A stretch of DNA of 64,000 nt from Tagaea sp. (GCA_044224405.1 JBGAKN010000004.1:183810-247809); one strand, 5' to 3'. Positions 48,560 to 58,206 are shown, counted from the first letter of the stretch. Numbers and translations are program-made. The notes: generated by a model not told the origin, from the sequence alone.

Positions 48560-49429
48560 ATGCCGACCAAAATCGAGAAAGACGCCGTCACCGGCACCGA
48601 TACAACCGGACATGAATGGGATGGCATCAAGGAGCTGAATACGCCGCTCCCCAAATGGTGGCTCTACGTCTTCTACGCGACCATCATCTGGTCGGCCGGA
48701 TACTACGTGATCTATCCATCGTGGCCGAGCCTCTCGTCGCATCTGCGAGGCGTCGCCGGCTACTGGAGCCGCGCCGACGTGATCACGAGCATCGCCGAGC
48801 AGGAACAGGTGCGTGCGCCGTTCGTGAACCGGATCCGGACCACGCCGCTCGAGCGGATACAGAACGATCCCGAGTTGCTAGGCTTCGCCATCGCCGGCGG
48901 CCGGGCCTCCTTTTCGGACAACTGCTCGCCTTGCCATGGCGCCGGCGGCGGCGGTACCAAGGGCTTCCCCAATCTCGCCGACGACGACTGGATCTGGGGC
49001 GGGGATCTGACCGGCATCCAGCGGACGATCAATTTCGGCGTGCGCAATTCCCACCCCGATTCCCGCATCTCCCAGATGCCTCGCTTCGGCGTCGACGGCA
49101 TTCTCACGACAGCCCAGATCGGTGACGTCGCCGAATTCGTGCTGTCGCTGTCCGATCGCGCGAAAGACGTGCAGGCATCGGCGCGCGGATCTAAGATCTA
49201 CGCCGAGAACTGCGCCGCCTGCCATGGCGACGCCGGCAAAGGGAATATGGAGATGGGAGCGCCCAACCTCACCGACGGCATCTGGCTCTACGGAGGTGAC
49301 AAGGCCTCGATCGTCCAGACGATCTCGCTTGCCCGCAACGGCAGCATGCCCGCCTGGAAGGGCCGCTTGAGCGACGAGACGATCAAGATGCTCAGTGTTT
49401 ACGTCTATTCGCTGGGCGGCGGACGATAA
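48560..49429 (+). CDS. ccoP: cbb3 oxidase di-haem subunit CcoP
   Basis: Two CXXCH motifs (CSPCHG, CAACHG), an N-terminal TM, and an AGGAGA SD. Confidence 0.9.
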   Translation: MPTKIEKDAVTGTDTTGHEWDGIKELNTPLPKWWLYVFYATIIWSAGYYVIYPSWPSLSSHLRGVAGYWSRADVITSIAEQEQVRAPFVNRIRTTPLERIQNDPELLGFAIAGGRASFSDNCSPCHGAGGGGTKGFPNLADDDWIWGGDLTGIQRTINFGVRNSHPDSRISQMPRFGVDGILTTAQIGDVAEFVLSLSDRAKDVQASARGSKIYAENCAACHGDAGKGNMEMGAPNLTDGIWLYGGDKASIVQTISLARNGSMPAWKGRLSDETIKMLSVYVYSLGGGR

Positions 49430-49432
49430 GTT

Positions 49433-50941
49433 GTGCCGATGCGGATCGACCCGGCAACGAAGCTGGACGAGATTCCCTCCGAGAGCGCGCCTTCCCTACG
49501 CGACCTGAAGGCGGCACAGCCGGTCTATGTAAACCGCATCAAGGTCTACCCCAAGCGGGTCGCCGGGACGTTCCGTCGTATCAAGTGGGCGATCCTCGCC
49601 GTCTGCCTGGGGCTCTACTACGTGATCCCCTGGATTCGCTGGGATCGGGGGCCCGGCGCACCCGATCAAGCGATCCTTCTGGATATCCAAGGGCCCCGCG
49701 CCTACTTCTTCGGTGTCGAGATCTGGCCGCAGGAAATCTACTTCCTGACCGGCCTGCTTATCTGCGCGGCATTGGGACTCTTCCTCGTAAGCAGCCTCTT
49801 CGGACGCCTGTGGTGCGGCTACGCATGTCCGCAGACCGTCTGGACCGATCTTTTCATGTGGGTCGAGCGGCAGATCGAAGGTGACCGGAATGCCCGCATC
49901 CGGCTCGACGGCGAACGATGGGGCGTCAGGAAAGTCGTTCTCAAGACTGCAAAGCACGCGACATGGTTCGTGATCGCGGCGGCGACAGGCGGTGCATGGA
50001 TCATGTACTTCGCCGATGCGCCGTCCACGACGCGCGCGATCTTCAATGGCACGGCAAGCCTGGACGTCTACTTCTTCGTCGGTCTTTTCACCACGACGAC
50101 CTATGTTCTCGCCGGCTGGGCCCGCGAACAGGTCTGCACCTACATGTGCCCCTGGCCGCGTTTCCAGGCCGCGATGTTCGACGAGAACACGCTGACCGTC
50201 ACATACCAGGGCTGGCGCGGCGAAAAGCGCGGCAAGCACAAGACGGGCACCAGCTGGGAAGGGCGCGGAGACTGCGTCGATTGCCGCCAGTGCGTCGCCG
50301 TCTGCCCGACAGGCATCGACATCCGCGACGGGCAGCAGCTCGAATGCATCGGCTGCGGCCTGTGCATCGACGCCTGCAACTCGGTCATGAAGATGGTGGA
50401 CAGGCCGCCCAATCTCATCGCCTTCGCGACATTGGCCTCGCAGGTCGCAGCCGGTAGCGGGACGGCCGCCGAATACAGGCTGATGCGGCCGCGCGTCATC
50501 CTCTACTCCGCCCTTCTCGTCGCGCTCGTTGGCGGGCTTCTGACGGCCTTCATGTTACGCACGCAGCTGGAAATCAGCGTGCTGCCGGACCGTGCACCGC
50601 TTTTCGTGACCCTGTCGGACGGCACCATCCGCAACGGATATACGTACAAGATCCTCAACAAGACCCGGGAGGTCCACAGTTTCGGGCTTTCTGTCTCCGG
50701 GATCGACGCCAGCGCGATCAGCGTCGTCGGGTCCGGCCAAACGACGTCTGCCAATGCGGATATCCGGCTCGAAACGCGGCCGGACTCGGTCGCGACGTTC
50801 AAGGTCTATGTGACGGTCCCGCGCGCGGCGCTTTCCGGCGAAACGAAAGCCTTCACGTTCCGCCTCCGCGATGCCGCCACCGGGGCGACGACCTCGCACA
50901 CGACCACCTTTCACGGCCCATCGCATCCAGTGAGCCACTAG
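49433..50941 (+). CDS. ccoG: cbb3 oxidase accessory ferredoxin CcoG/FixG
   Basis: 4Fe-4S motifs CRQCVAVCPTGIDIRD and CIGCGLCIDACNSVM plus N-terminal TMs. GTG start. Confidence 0.85.
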   Translation: MPMRIDPATKLDEIPSESAPSLRDLKAAQPVYVNRIKVYPKRVAGTFRRIKWAILAVCLGLYYVIPWIRWDRGPGAPDQAILLDIQGPRAYFFGVEIWPQEIYFLTGLLICAALGLFLVSSLFGRLWCGYACPQTVWTDLFMWVERQIEGDRNARIRLDGERWGVRKVVLKTAKHATWFVIAAATGGAWIMYFADAPSTTRAIFNGTASLDVYFFVGLFTTTTYVLAGWAREQVCTYMCPWPRFQAAMFDENTLTVTYQGWRGEKRGKHKTGTSWEGRGDCVDCRQCVAVCPTGIDIRDGQQLECIGCGLCIDACNSVMKMVDRPPNLIAFATLASQVAAGSGTAAEYRLMRPRVILYSALLVALVGGLLTAFMLRTQLEISVLPDRAPLFVTLSDGTIRNGYTYKILNKTREVHSFGLSVSGIDASAISVVGSGQTTSANADIRLETRPDSVATFKVYVTVPRAALSGETKAFTFRLRDAATGATTSHTTTFHGPSHPVSH

Positions 50942-50942
50942 G

Positions 50943-51428
50943 ATGGCAATGTCCGCCCCCCCGTTCCGTGATCGCCTGATCCCCTGGTACTTCGCCGGAG
51001 GGATGGCCGTCGTCATTGTCGCGAACGCATGCCTGATCTATTTCGCGGTAAGCACATGGTCCGGTCTTTCGGTCGAGCGGGCCTATCAGCGCGGCCTCGA
51101 GTATAACCGCGCGATCGCCTCGGCGGCGCATCAGGACGCACTCGGCTGGTCGATCGACCTCGTCGTCGCGCCGGGTGCCGGAATGCCGGCCGCCATCGCG
51201 ACCGCACGCGGCAACGACGGTGCGCCACTCCAAGGCCTGACGATCGAGCTCGAGCTGTCGAGGCCCGTCGGCGTTGCCGATGTCCGCAACGTGACCCTGC
51301 AGTCCGGCGAAGAAGGTCGTTACGTCGCCGATATTCCGGGCCTCCCGCGCGGACAGTGGGACGTGAAAATCGAAGCGCGCCTGGGAACGGAAGTGTGGCG
51401 CGCGACACGCCGGACCGTCCTTCCATGA
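50943..51428 (+). CDS. ccoH: CcoH/FixH assembly protein
   Basis: 161 aa, single TM, position between ccoG and ccoI. LIPWYFAGGMAVVIVANACLIYFA. Confidence 0.7.
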   Translation: MAMSAPPFRDRLIPWYFAGGMAVVIVANACLIYFAVSTWSGLSVERAYQRGLEYNRAIASAAHQDALGWSIDLVVAPGAGMPAAIATARGNDGAPLQGLTIELELSRPVGVADVRNVTLQSGEEGRYVADIPGLPRGQWDVKIEARLGTEVWRATRRTVLP

Positions 51429-53827
51429 CGACCGCTTCGGTCTGGCCGCAGGATATGACCGAAATCGGGACGGCCGCCGAAGCGACATGCCTTCATTGCG
51501 GCGGTGCGCGACCGACCGGCGGCGGGGCCTTTTGCTGCCGCGGATGCGAGACCGCCTACGCGATCGTCGGAAAAATGGGGCTCGACCAGTTCTATCGGCG
51601 TCGACGCCTTTCCGGCAACGTTCGACCATTGCGCCCGGATGCCGGCGAGGACGCCGACATTTCCGGCTATGCGACCGCCAGCCCCGCGGATCGGCACGAG
51701 ATCCACCTGCTCGTCGATGGGCTTTCCTGCGCGGCATGTGTCTGGCTGCTCGAGTCCGTCCTGAGCGACGATGAAAACGTCGTCGGATGCCGGGTCAATC
51801 TTTCGACCCGGCGCATGCAGCTGCGCTGGAAGGGTAAGGCAAGCGACGTCAACCGCCACGTCGAAAGGGCGAGAGCCGTCGGATTTCGCCTCCTGCCGTT
51901 CGATCCGCTGCGACTGGCTGACGCGACGTCCCGCCGGGAGAACGAACTTCTGAAGGCCATGGCGGTCGCCGGGTTCGCCGCAAGCAACATCATGCTGCTT
52001 TCTGTTTCGGTCTGGGCGGGCCATGTCGGCGACATGGGACCTGCGACGCGCGACCTGATGCATTGGATATCCGCGATGATCGCCCTCCCGACCATTGCGT
52101 ATTCCGGACGGCCGTTCTTTGTTTCGGCATTCGGCGCATTGCGGGCGGGCCGCACCAACATGGACGTCCCGATCTCAATCGGCGTCCTGCTCGCCTGCGT
52201 CATGAGCCTGTGGGAAACGGCGACATCCGGCCAGCACGCCTATTTCGATTCCGCCGTGGCGCTCCTGTTCTTCCTGCTGGTCGGGCGATATCTCGACGCC
52301 AGATCCCGCGGGCGCGCACGCTCGGCGGCCGAGCATCTCATGTCGTTGAATCCACGTGCCGTCAGCGTCCTGCAGCCGGACGGTAGCGTCGCGATGAAGT
52401 CCGCCGAATCGGTCGAACCCGGCAGCCGCGTGCTTGCGGCGGCCGGCGAGCGCATCGGCATCGACGGAACCGTCGAATCCGGGACCTCCCAAGTGGATTC
52501 AAGCCTGGTTACCGGCGAATCCTTGCCGATGCAGGCTGCGGCCGGCACGCCTGTCTTTGCGGGAATGGTCAATCTAACCGCTCCTCTGCGGATCCGCGTG
52601 ACGGCGACGGGCAGCAGGACATTGCTGGCCGAAATCGTCCGGTTGATGGAGGCGGCCGAGCACGGGCGAAGCCGGTTCGTCGTCCTGGCGGATCAGGTCG
52701 CACGCGCCTACGCGCCGGCCGTCCATACGCTTGCCATCCTGACATTCGGCGCCTGGTACTTTGTCAGTGATGCCGGTTGGCAAGTCGCGCTGCTCAACGC
52801 GGTGGCGGTGTTGATCATCACCTGCCCCTGCGCGCTGGCCCTTGCGGTGCCGGTTGTCCAGGTCGTCGCGAGCGGGCGCCTGATGCGGCAGGGAATCCTG
52901 CTCAAATCCCCGACCGCGCTCGAGCGTCTGGAGTCCGTTGATACGGTGATTTTCGACAAGACGGGGACCTTGACCCAGGGGCGGCTCGAACTCGTTTCCG
53001 ATCCGGACCGGACCGACGACGACCTGCGACTCGCCGCATCCCTCGCCGTGACCAGCCTGCATCCGCTTTCGCGCGCATTGACCCGCGCCGCGCCGCCGAC
53101 GGCGCCGATGGGCGCCGTCAAAGAGCATCCCGGCTCCGGATTGTCCGCAGACCTGCCGTCGGGACAGATCCGTCTTGGCAGCCGTGCATTCTGCGGCATT
53201 GCACCCGACCTCGAGGCACCAGATATCGGGCCGGAAATTTGGCTTGTTTCACCAGGACGCAAGCCAGTTCGCTTCGCTTTCTCCGACCGTCCGCGCAGCG
53301 ATGTGCAGTCTGTCGTGCGCACGCTGAAAGATCGTGATTTCCAGATCGAACTGCTTTCGGGCGACAGGCCGGCGAACGTCGCGCCGGTCGCGAAGGCAGC
53401 CGGCATTGCCAATTGGAAGGCCAATTGCACGCCGATCGACAAGGTTACGGCGCTCGATCGAATCCGTGCCGCTGGCCGTCACACGCTGATGGTCGGCGAC
53501 GGCCTCAATGACGCCCCTGCCCTTGCGGCGGCCGATGTCTCGGCATCGCCTTCGACGGCAATCGACGTGGCGCAGACCGCAGCCGACATCGTCTTTCAGG
53601 GCGACCGACTCGCGCCTGTCGCGGAAATCCTCGACGTCGCGCGACGCGCCGGGCGGCTCGTCCGGCAGAACCTCGTCCTGGCGATCGTCTACAATCTCGG
53701 TGCCGTTCCCCTTGCCATGGCCGGAAAGGTAACGCCCTTGATCGCCGCCATCGCCATGTCGACCTCGTCGCTGCTCGTGATCGCGAATGCGCTAAGGCTC
53801 GCGCAACGCGGGAAGGCCGGCGCATGA
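51425..53827 (+). CDS. ccoI: Cu+-transporting P1B-type ATPase CcoI/FixI
   Basis: N-terminal CXXC (CLHCGGA / CCRGCE), CPC in TM6 (ITCPCALALAVP), DKTGTLT phosphorylation site and GDGLNDAPAL hinge. ATGA-coupled to ccoH. Confidence 0.85.
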   Translation: MTTASVWPQDMTEIGTAAEATCLHCGGARPTGGGAFCCRGCETAYAIVGKMGLDQFYRRRRLSGNVRPLRPDAGEDADISGYATASPADRHEIHLLVDGLSCAACVWLLESVLSDDENVVGCRVNLSTRRMQLRWKGKASDVNRHVERARAVGFRLLPFDPLRLADATSRRENELLKAMAVAGFAASNIMLLSVSVWAGHVGDMGPATRDLMHWISAMIALPTIAYSGRPFFVSAFGALRAGRTNMDVPISIGVLLACVMSLWETATSGQHAYFDSAVALLFFLLVGRYLDARSRGRARSAAEHLMSLNPRAVSVLQPDGSVAMKSAESVEPGSRVLAAAGERIGIDGTVESGTSQVDSSLVTGESLPMQAAAGTPVFAGMVNLTAPLRIRVTATGSRTLLAEIVRLMEAAEHGRSRFVVLADQVARAYAPAVHTLAILTFGAWYFVSDAGWQVALLNAVAVLIITCPCALALAVPVVQVVASGRLMRQGILLKSPTALERLESVDTVIFDKTGTLTQGRLELVSDPDRTDDDLRLAASLAVTSLHPLSRALTRAAPPTAPMGAVKEHPGSGLSADLPSGQIRLGSRAFCGIAPDLEAPDIGPEIWLVSPGRKPVRFAFSDRPRSDVQSVVRTLKDRDFQIELLSGDRPANVAPVAKAAGIANWKANCTPIDKVTALDRIRAAGRHTLMVGDGLNDAPALAAADVSASPSTAIDVAQTAADIVFQGDRLAPVAEILDVARRAGRLVRQNLVLAIVYNLGAVPLAMAGKVTPLIAAIAMSTSSLLVIANALRLAQRGKAGA

Positions 53828-54021
53828 ACAGCCTTCTGATACTAATTCCCGCCGCACTCGCGCTCGGTGCCATCGGCCTCGCGGCATTTCTCTGGGCCAT
53901 GCGCACGGGGCAGTTCAGCGATCTCGAAGGTGCCGCCGGACGCATCCTCTTCGATGAAGAGCGCCCGATCGGCAGCGGGCCGCGTTCCAAGGAAATTCCG
54001 GAAGTGGAGAAGAAAAAATGA
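53824..54021 (+). CDS. ccoS: cbb3 oxidase maturation protein CcoS/FixS
   Basis: 65-aa single-TM protein MNSLLILIPAALALGAIGLAAFLWAMRTGQFSDLEG, ATGA-coupled to ccoI. Confidence 0.7.
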   Translation: MNSLLILIPAALALGAIGLAAFLWAMRTGQFSDLEGAAGRILFDEERPIGSGPRSKEIPEVEKKK

Positions 54022-54200
54022 ATATCGCCTCAATTCTCGTCGCCGCGTTCGCAACCCTGCTCGGCTTTGTCGGTTTGTTCCTTGCCTCCCGGGCATCGGA
54101 TACCGGGATCTACTTTTTCGGCCTGACGATCTTCGCGTTCGCCGTCCTGCTCGATTTCCAGCTGATCAAGCGTCATTTCGACGAAGCGGATTCCGAGTAA
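54018..54200 (+). CDS. Small 2-TM membrane protein translationally coupled to ccoS
   Basis: 60 aa MNIASILVAAFATLLGFVGLFLASRASDTGIYFFGLTIFAFAVLLDFQLIKRHFDEADSE. ATGA overlap with the ccoS stop. GGAGAAGAAAAA SD. Confidence 0.4.
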   Translation: MNIASILVAAFATLLGFVGLFLASRASDTGIYFFGLTIFAFAVLLDFQLIKRHFDEADSE

Positions 54201-54281
54201 CGAAGGACGCCTTGCCAAGTTGCGGATCGCGTCGCACCTGCCTGTCGGTCTAGACTGTCGACTGGATAGCAGGGGGACGAC

Positions 54282-55901
54282 TTGAAGAAAAAGACCGGAA
54301 AGACGTCGAAGGCTGGCGCGCCGGCTCGAACCCGACGCAAAAACGATCACTCGGCCCAGACGAAACGAACGCTGGCGATGATCGAAGAGCGCGAAGCGCG
54401 CCTTCGATCCGTTCTCGAGACGGCACCGGACGCGATCATTACAATCGACCAGTTCGGCATCGTCCAGTCGTTCAGCAGCGCCGCGGAACGCATCTTCGGC
54501 TACACGCCGGGCGAAGTGATCGGCAACAACGTGAGCATGCTGATGGCCTCGCCCTATCGCGAGCGCCACGATGGATATCTCGAGAACTATCGGCGGACCG
54601 GCGAGAAGCGCATCATCGGCATCGGTCGCGAAGTCGAGGCTCGTCGCAAGGACGGCACGATCTTCCCCATGGAGCTTGCGGTTGGTGAAGTGAAGCTTGC
54701 CAATACGCACCTCTTCACCGGATTTATCCGCGACGTCACGGCACGCACGAAACTCGAGCAGGACCTCCGGCAGGCCCAGAAAATGGAAGCGATCGGCCAG
54801 CTTACCGGCGGGCTGGCGCACGATTTCAACAATCTTCTCACCGTCATATCCGGCAATCTCGAAATGCTCCAAATGCGGCTTAAGGATCCGCAGAATCAGG
54901 AATTGCTGTCCGAGGCGCAGGAAGCGACCGCGCTCGGCGCGCAGCTCGCCAATCGGCTTCTGGCCTTCGGCCGGCGGCAACCGCTCAATCCCAAGCAGAC
55001 CGATCTGAATGCGCTGGCCGGAGGGATGGTGGATCTTCTCAGGCGAACGCTCGGGCAAGTCGCCAAGATCGAGACAAGGTTCGTCGACGGTTCGATCATG
55101 GTGATGGCCGATCCGGGCCAGTTCGAAAATGCCCTTCTCAATCTCGCGATCAACGCGCGCGACGCCATGCCCGACGGCGGCCGCCTGATCATCGAGACAG
55201 GCCGCACCAGCATCGAAGCGAGGCAAGGTGCGATCGACGGTCTCGGGCCGGGCGTGTACGCGAGCGTGTCGGTGACCGATACCGGGATCGGAATGCCGCC
55301 CGAAGTGCGCCAGCGCGCGTTCGAGCCGTTCTTCACGACGAAAGAGACCGGCAAGGGCAGCGGCCTCGGTCTCAGCATGGTCTACGGGTTCGTCAAGCAG
55401 TCCGGAGGGCACCTGAGGCTCGATAGCGAGCCGGGCCACGGGACGACAGTGTGCATCTATCTGCCGCTGCTCGAGCAGTCGCCACGTGTGGGCGAGGTCG
55501 CTTCCGAAAAGGGAACCAAGTCCAAAAGGGCCGCCGGCGGGGTCATTCTGGTGGTCGAAGACGATCCGCGGGTTCGGCGCGTGTCGATCCGGCGACTGAA
55601 GGAGCTCGGCTACGCCGTTCTCGATGCGGAAAGCGGCCCGGCCGCACTTCGAATCCTGGAACGCGACGAGAAGATCGATCTGATTTTCAGCGATGTCGTC
55701 ATGGCAGGCGGCATGTCCGGAATCGAACTGGCTCAGGAAGTGCGTCGACGCTGGCCGGCGCTCAAGATCATCCTGACTTCCGGGTTTGCGGAACCGGCAG
55801 CGATCAAGGACGGCCTGCTGCAGACTTCGGCGGGCTGGCTCGCCAAGCCCTACAGCCTGAAGGATCTCCAGGCCAAGCTGGATGAATTTCTCGGCGCCTG
55901 A
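54282..55901 (+). CDS. fixL: FixL-like oxygen-sensing hybrid histidine kinase (haem-PAS, HisKA, HATPase_c, C-terminal receiver)
   Basis: PAS region SPYRERHDGYLENYRRTGEKRIIGIGREVEARRKDGTIFPMELAVGEV closely resembles the FixL haem pocket (proximal His in the RERHDGYL region). H-box GGLAHDFNNLL. GxGxG ATP lid. C-terminal receiver ILVVEDDPRVR...IFSDVVMAGGMSG. TTG start with a GGGGGA SD. Confidence 0.75.
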   Translation: MKKKTGKTSKAGAPARTRRKNDHSAQTKRTLAMIEEREARLRSVLETAPDAIITIDQFGIVQSFSSAAERIFGYTPGEVIGNNVSMLMASPYRERHDGYLENYRRTGEKRIIGIGREVEARRKDGTIFPMELAVGEVKLANTHLFTGFIRDVTARTKLEQDLRQAQKMEAIGQLTGGLAHDFNNLLTVISGNLEMLQMRLKDPQNQELLSEAQEATALGAQLANRLLAFGRRQPLNPKQTDLNALAGGMVDLLRRTLGQVAKIETRFVDGSIMVMADPGQFENALLNLAINARDAMPDGGRLIIETGRTSIEARQGAIDGLGPGVYASVSVTDTGIGMPPEVRQRAFEPFFTTKETGKGSGLGLSMVYGFVKQSGGHLRLDSEPGHGTTVCIYLPLLEQSPRVGEVASEKGTKSKRAAGGVILVVEDDPRVRRVSIRRLKELGYAVLDAESGPAALRILERDEKIDLIFSDVVMAGGMSGIELAQEVRRRWPALKIILTSGFAEPAAIKDGLLQTSAGWLAKPYSLKDLQAKLDEFLGA

Positions 55902-55908
55902 ACCCGTC

Positions 55909-56652
55909 TCAGGCTGAAGTCACCGTTGCCGAAAATACATAGCCTGCACCACGCACGGTCTTGATCAGGCTCGGATTGCCAGGATCGCTCTCTATTTTCT
56001 TGCGGAGCCGCCCGACCTGGGTGTCCACGGCCCGGTCGAACGCCGCCCATTCGCGCCCCTTGGCAATCTCCATCAACTGGTCCCGACTGAGGACGCGCCC
56101 CGGATGGCTGACAAATACGCCCAGCAGTTCGAACTCGCTGCTTGTCAGAGACACGACGGTACCGTCTGGGCGCAAAAGTTCTCGCTTCAGCGTGTCGAAC
56201 CGCCATCCTTCGAATAGGCGAACGGCATCGGATTGCTTCTCGGCCGGGGTTTGAGCGGTCGCAGTCGATGCCGCCGTGCGAGGGGTGCCGCGCCGCGTCA
56301 CCGTCCGGATGCGGGCCAGCACCTCCCGGAGATGGAAGGGCTTGGCGATATAGTCGTCGGCGCCGGCTTCCAGGCCGGCAACGCGGTCGATCACGTCACC
56401 CTTGCCGGTCAGCATGATTATCGGGATATCGGAATTCTGCCGAACATGGCGAGCCAGCGACAAACCGTCTTCGCCCGGCAGCATGAGATCGAGAAGGATG
56501 AGATCCACTGCCTCCCGCTTCATCAGCAGTCGCATTTCCGTCCCGTCCGGGACGTCGGACACCTTGAATCCCTCGGCCGTCAGATAGCGCCGCAGCATCG
56601 TGCGGATCTGCGTTTCGTCGTCGACGATCAGGATATGGAATGGATCTGTCAT
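55909..56652 (-). CDS. OmpR-family response regulator (receiver plus winged-helix)
   Basis: MTDPFHILIVDDETQIR...LILLDLMLPGEDGL receiver, with a C-terminal trans_reg_C (WRFDTLKRELL...LTSSEFELL). Convergent with fixL, 7-nt gap. Confidence 0.8.
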   Translation of the reverse strand: MTDPFHILIVDDETQIRTMLRRYLTAEGFKVSDVPDGTEMRLLMKREAVDLILLDLMLPGEDGLSLARHVRQNSDIPIIMLTGKGDVIDRVAGLEAGADDYIAKPFHLREVLARIRTVTRRGTPRTAASTATAQTPAEKQSDAVRLFEGWRFDTLKRELLRPDGTVVSLTSSEFELLGVFVSHPGRVLSRDQLMEIAKGREWAAFDRAVDTQVGRLRKKIESDPGNPSLIKTVRGAGYVFSATVTSA

Positions 56653-56820
56653 GGCAGCTTGCTCCAGTACCACACTCGAGCCGCCTGTCACAAACCGTCA
56701 CATTCCGTCGACAAACGATTCGAAGTCCCTGCCCTCCCGGCATAAAGCGGTGAAGCGAATCACCTAGTGTCGTCGGTGCCGGGTTTCGCCGGCCAGGGAA
56801 TGAAAGTAGGGGATCGCAAC

Positions 56821-57528
56821 ATGCTCGCACAGGCCGCTTCCAGCGCCTCTAAACTGGACTTCGGATCGCTCGCCGTGTGTCGCGGGCTTGGACGTCAATC
56901 CGCAAGCCACATCGCGGCGATCAGCTCGCTGCATCGGAAGGCCGCCGGAGAAACGATTTTCAGCGAAGGCGACTCCTCGGACTATATCTACGAGGTCGTG
57001 CACGGCACGCTACGCCTCTATCGGCTGCTCTCCGACGGGCGCCGGCAGATCCTGGGGTTTCCGTCGGACGGTCACACCCTTGGCCTCGCGCCGAACGGTA
57101 CGCACGCCTACACCGCCGAAGCGGTTACTGACCTGACCCTTTGCCGGTATCCGCGTACCTCGTTCGAACGGCTTGTCGATAGCGTACCCGGATTGGCCCG
57201 GCGTCTGTGGACTGTCACGTCGGACGAGCTCCGCTTCGCGCAAGACCTGATGCTTCTGCTCGGCCGCAAGACCGCGACAGAGCGGGTCGCGAGCTTCCTG
57301 CTGCTGTTGGCCGAACAGCAGATGGATACGGACGGCGAAGTCGCCCTCCCGATGACCCGCAGCGACATTGGCGACTACCTCGGCCTGACCATCGAAACAG
57401 TGTCGCGGACCCTCACCAAGCTGAAGCGCGATCGTCTCATCTCCCTGCCGGCTTCGGACCGGATCGAGTTTCTCGACAAGGACCGACTTGAGGAAGTCGC
57501 GGCCGGCGAGCAGATCGCGACCGCGTGA
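56821..57528 (+). CDS. fixK: Crp/Fnr-family regulator, FixK-like (no N-terminal Cys cluster)
   Basis: cNMP-binding-like domain (IFSEGDSSDYIYEVVHGTLRLYRLLSDGRRQILGF) and C-terminal HTH RSDIGDYLGLTIETVSRTLTKLKRDRLI. No Fnr-type cysteine quartet. Confidence 0.7.
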   Translation: MLAQAASSASKLDFGSLAVCRGLGRQSASHIAAISSLHRKAAGETIFSEGDSSDYIYEVVHGTLRLYRLLSDGRRQILGFPSDGHTLGLAPNGTHAYTAEAVTDLTLCRYPRTSFERLVDSVPGLARRLWTVTSDELRFAQDLMLLLGRKTATERVASFLLLLAEQQMDTDGEVALPMTRSDIGDYLGLTIETVSRTLTKLKRDRLISLPASDRIEFLDKDRLEEVAAGEQIATA

Positions 57529-57966
57529 ATGCCGAACGCTTTGCCGGAAATCAGAATGCTTCAACCCGACCTCGGATCCTTACCGGGTATCCATATGCCT
57601 AAAGCACAGCCATTGGCGTTGATTGTCGATGCCGACAAGAGGGCGCGCCGGATCTGCCGGACGATCCTGGAGGATCTCGGCTGCGCGATCGACGAAACCG
57701 ACAGTGGCGTGGCCGCGATTTCGTCCGCCCGCAGCCGGACCCCGAGCGTGATTCTGCTTGGGCAGCAGCTTCGCGACGTTTCCGGCTGGGAAGTCGGGCA
57801 ATGGCTTCAAACGATGCCTTCGCTGCTCGAGACGCCTGTCGTCGTACTCGGTGCGGCCCCCGATGCCGACCCACATTCGATCAAGATGCCTTTTGTCACC
57901 TACCTGCGGGCACCGCTTTCGGCCAAATCTCTGCGCCAATCCCTGCGATCCGCTCTGAAAAAATAG
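57529..57966 (+). CDS. Single-domain degenerate receiver (pseudo-receiver, FixT-like candidate); alternative start 57595
   Basis: Receiver-like fold LALIVDADKRARRICRTILEDLG...SVILLGQQLRDVSGWEV. The phospho-acceptor Asp position is occupied by Leu/Gly, and the conserved Thr and Lys positions are also substituted. Start abuts the fixK stop. Confidence 0.45.
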   Translation: MPNALPEIRMLQPDLGSLPGIHMPKAQPLALIVDADKRARRICRTILEDLGCAIDETDSGVAAISSARSRTPSVILLGQQLRDVSGWEVGQWLQTMPSLLETPVVVLGAAPDADPHSIKMPFVTYLRAPLSAKSLRQSLRSALKK

Positions 57967-58027
57967 CCTGCTGCTGCCGCGACGTGGCCGATCCGGCTGC
58001 ATGCGCGAAGCGCATCGCGGCATTAGC

Positions 58028-58041
58028 TTGATCCATGTCAA
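58028..58041. promoter_or_regulatory. FixK/Fnr-type box TTGATCCATGTCAA upstream of the CBS-domain gene
   Basis: TTGAT-N4-GTCAA read at 58028-58041, about 170 nt upstream of the CBS gene ATG. Confidence 0.45.
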
Positions 58042-58206
58042 CGTCCCCGCTTCGAAGCTGCGAGATACTCCCGAGACGTCCAGCGATTTCCCGCGGCGCA
58101 TGGGCCCATGAACCTGCCGGGGATATCTGGCCAGACAGCGATCGCGTGGTCGCCCCGTCCGACGAAGAAGTGCTGCCAATTACTGCTCGCTACGTGGAGA
58201 TTCGAT

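Noticed and set aside
54241-54262. GTCTAGAC-containing palindrome between the small ccoS-coupled ORF and fixL
   Set aside because: Short, no flanking T-run and no known motif. Probably a chance palindrome (XbaI-like site).
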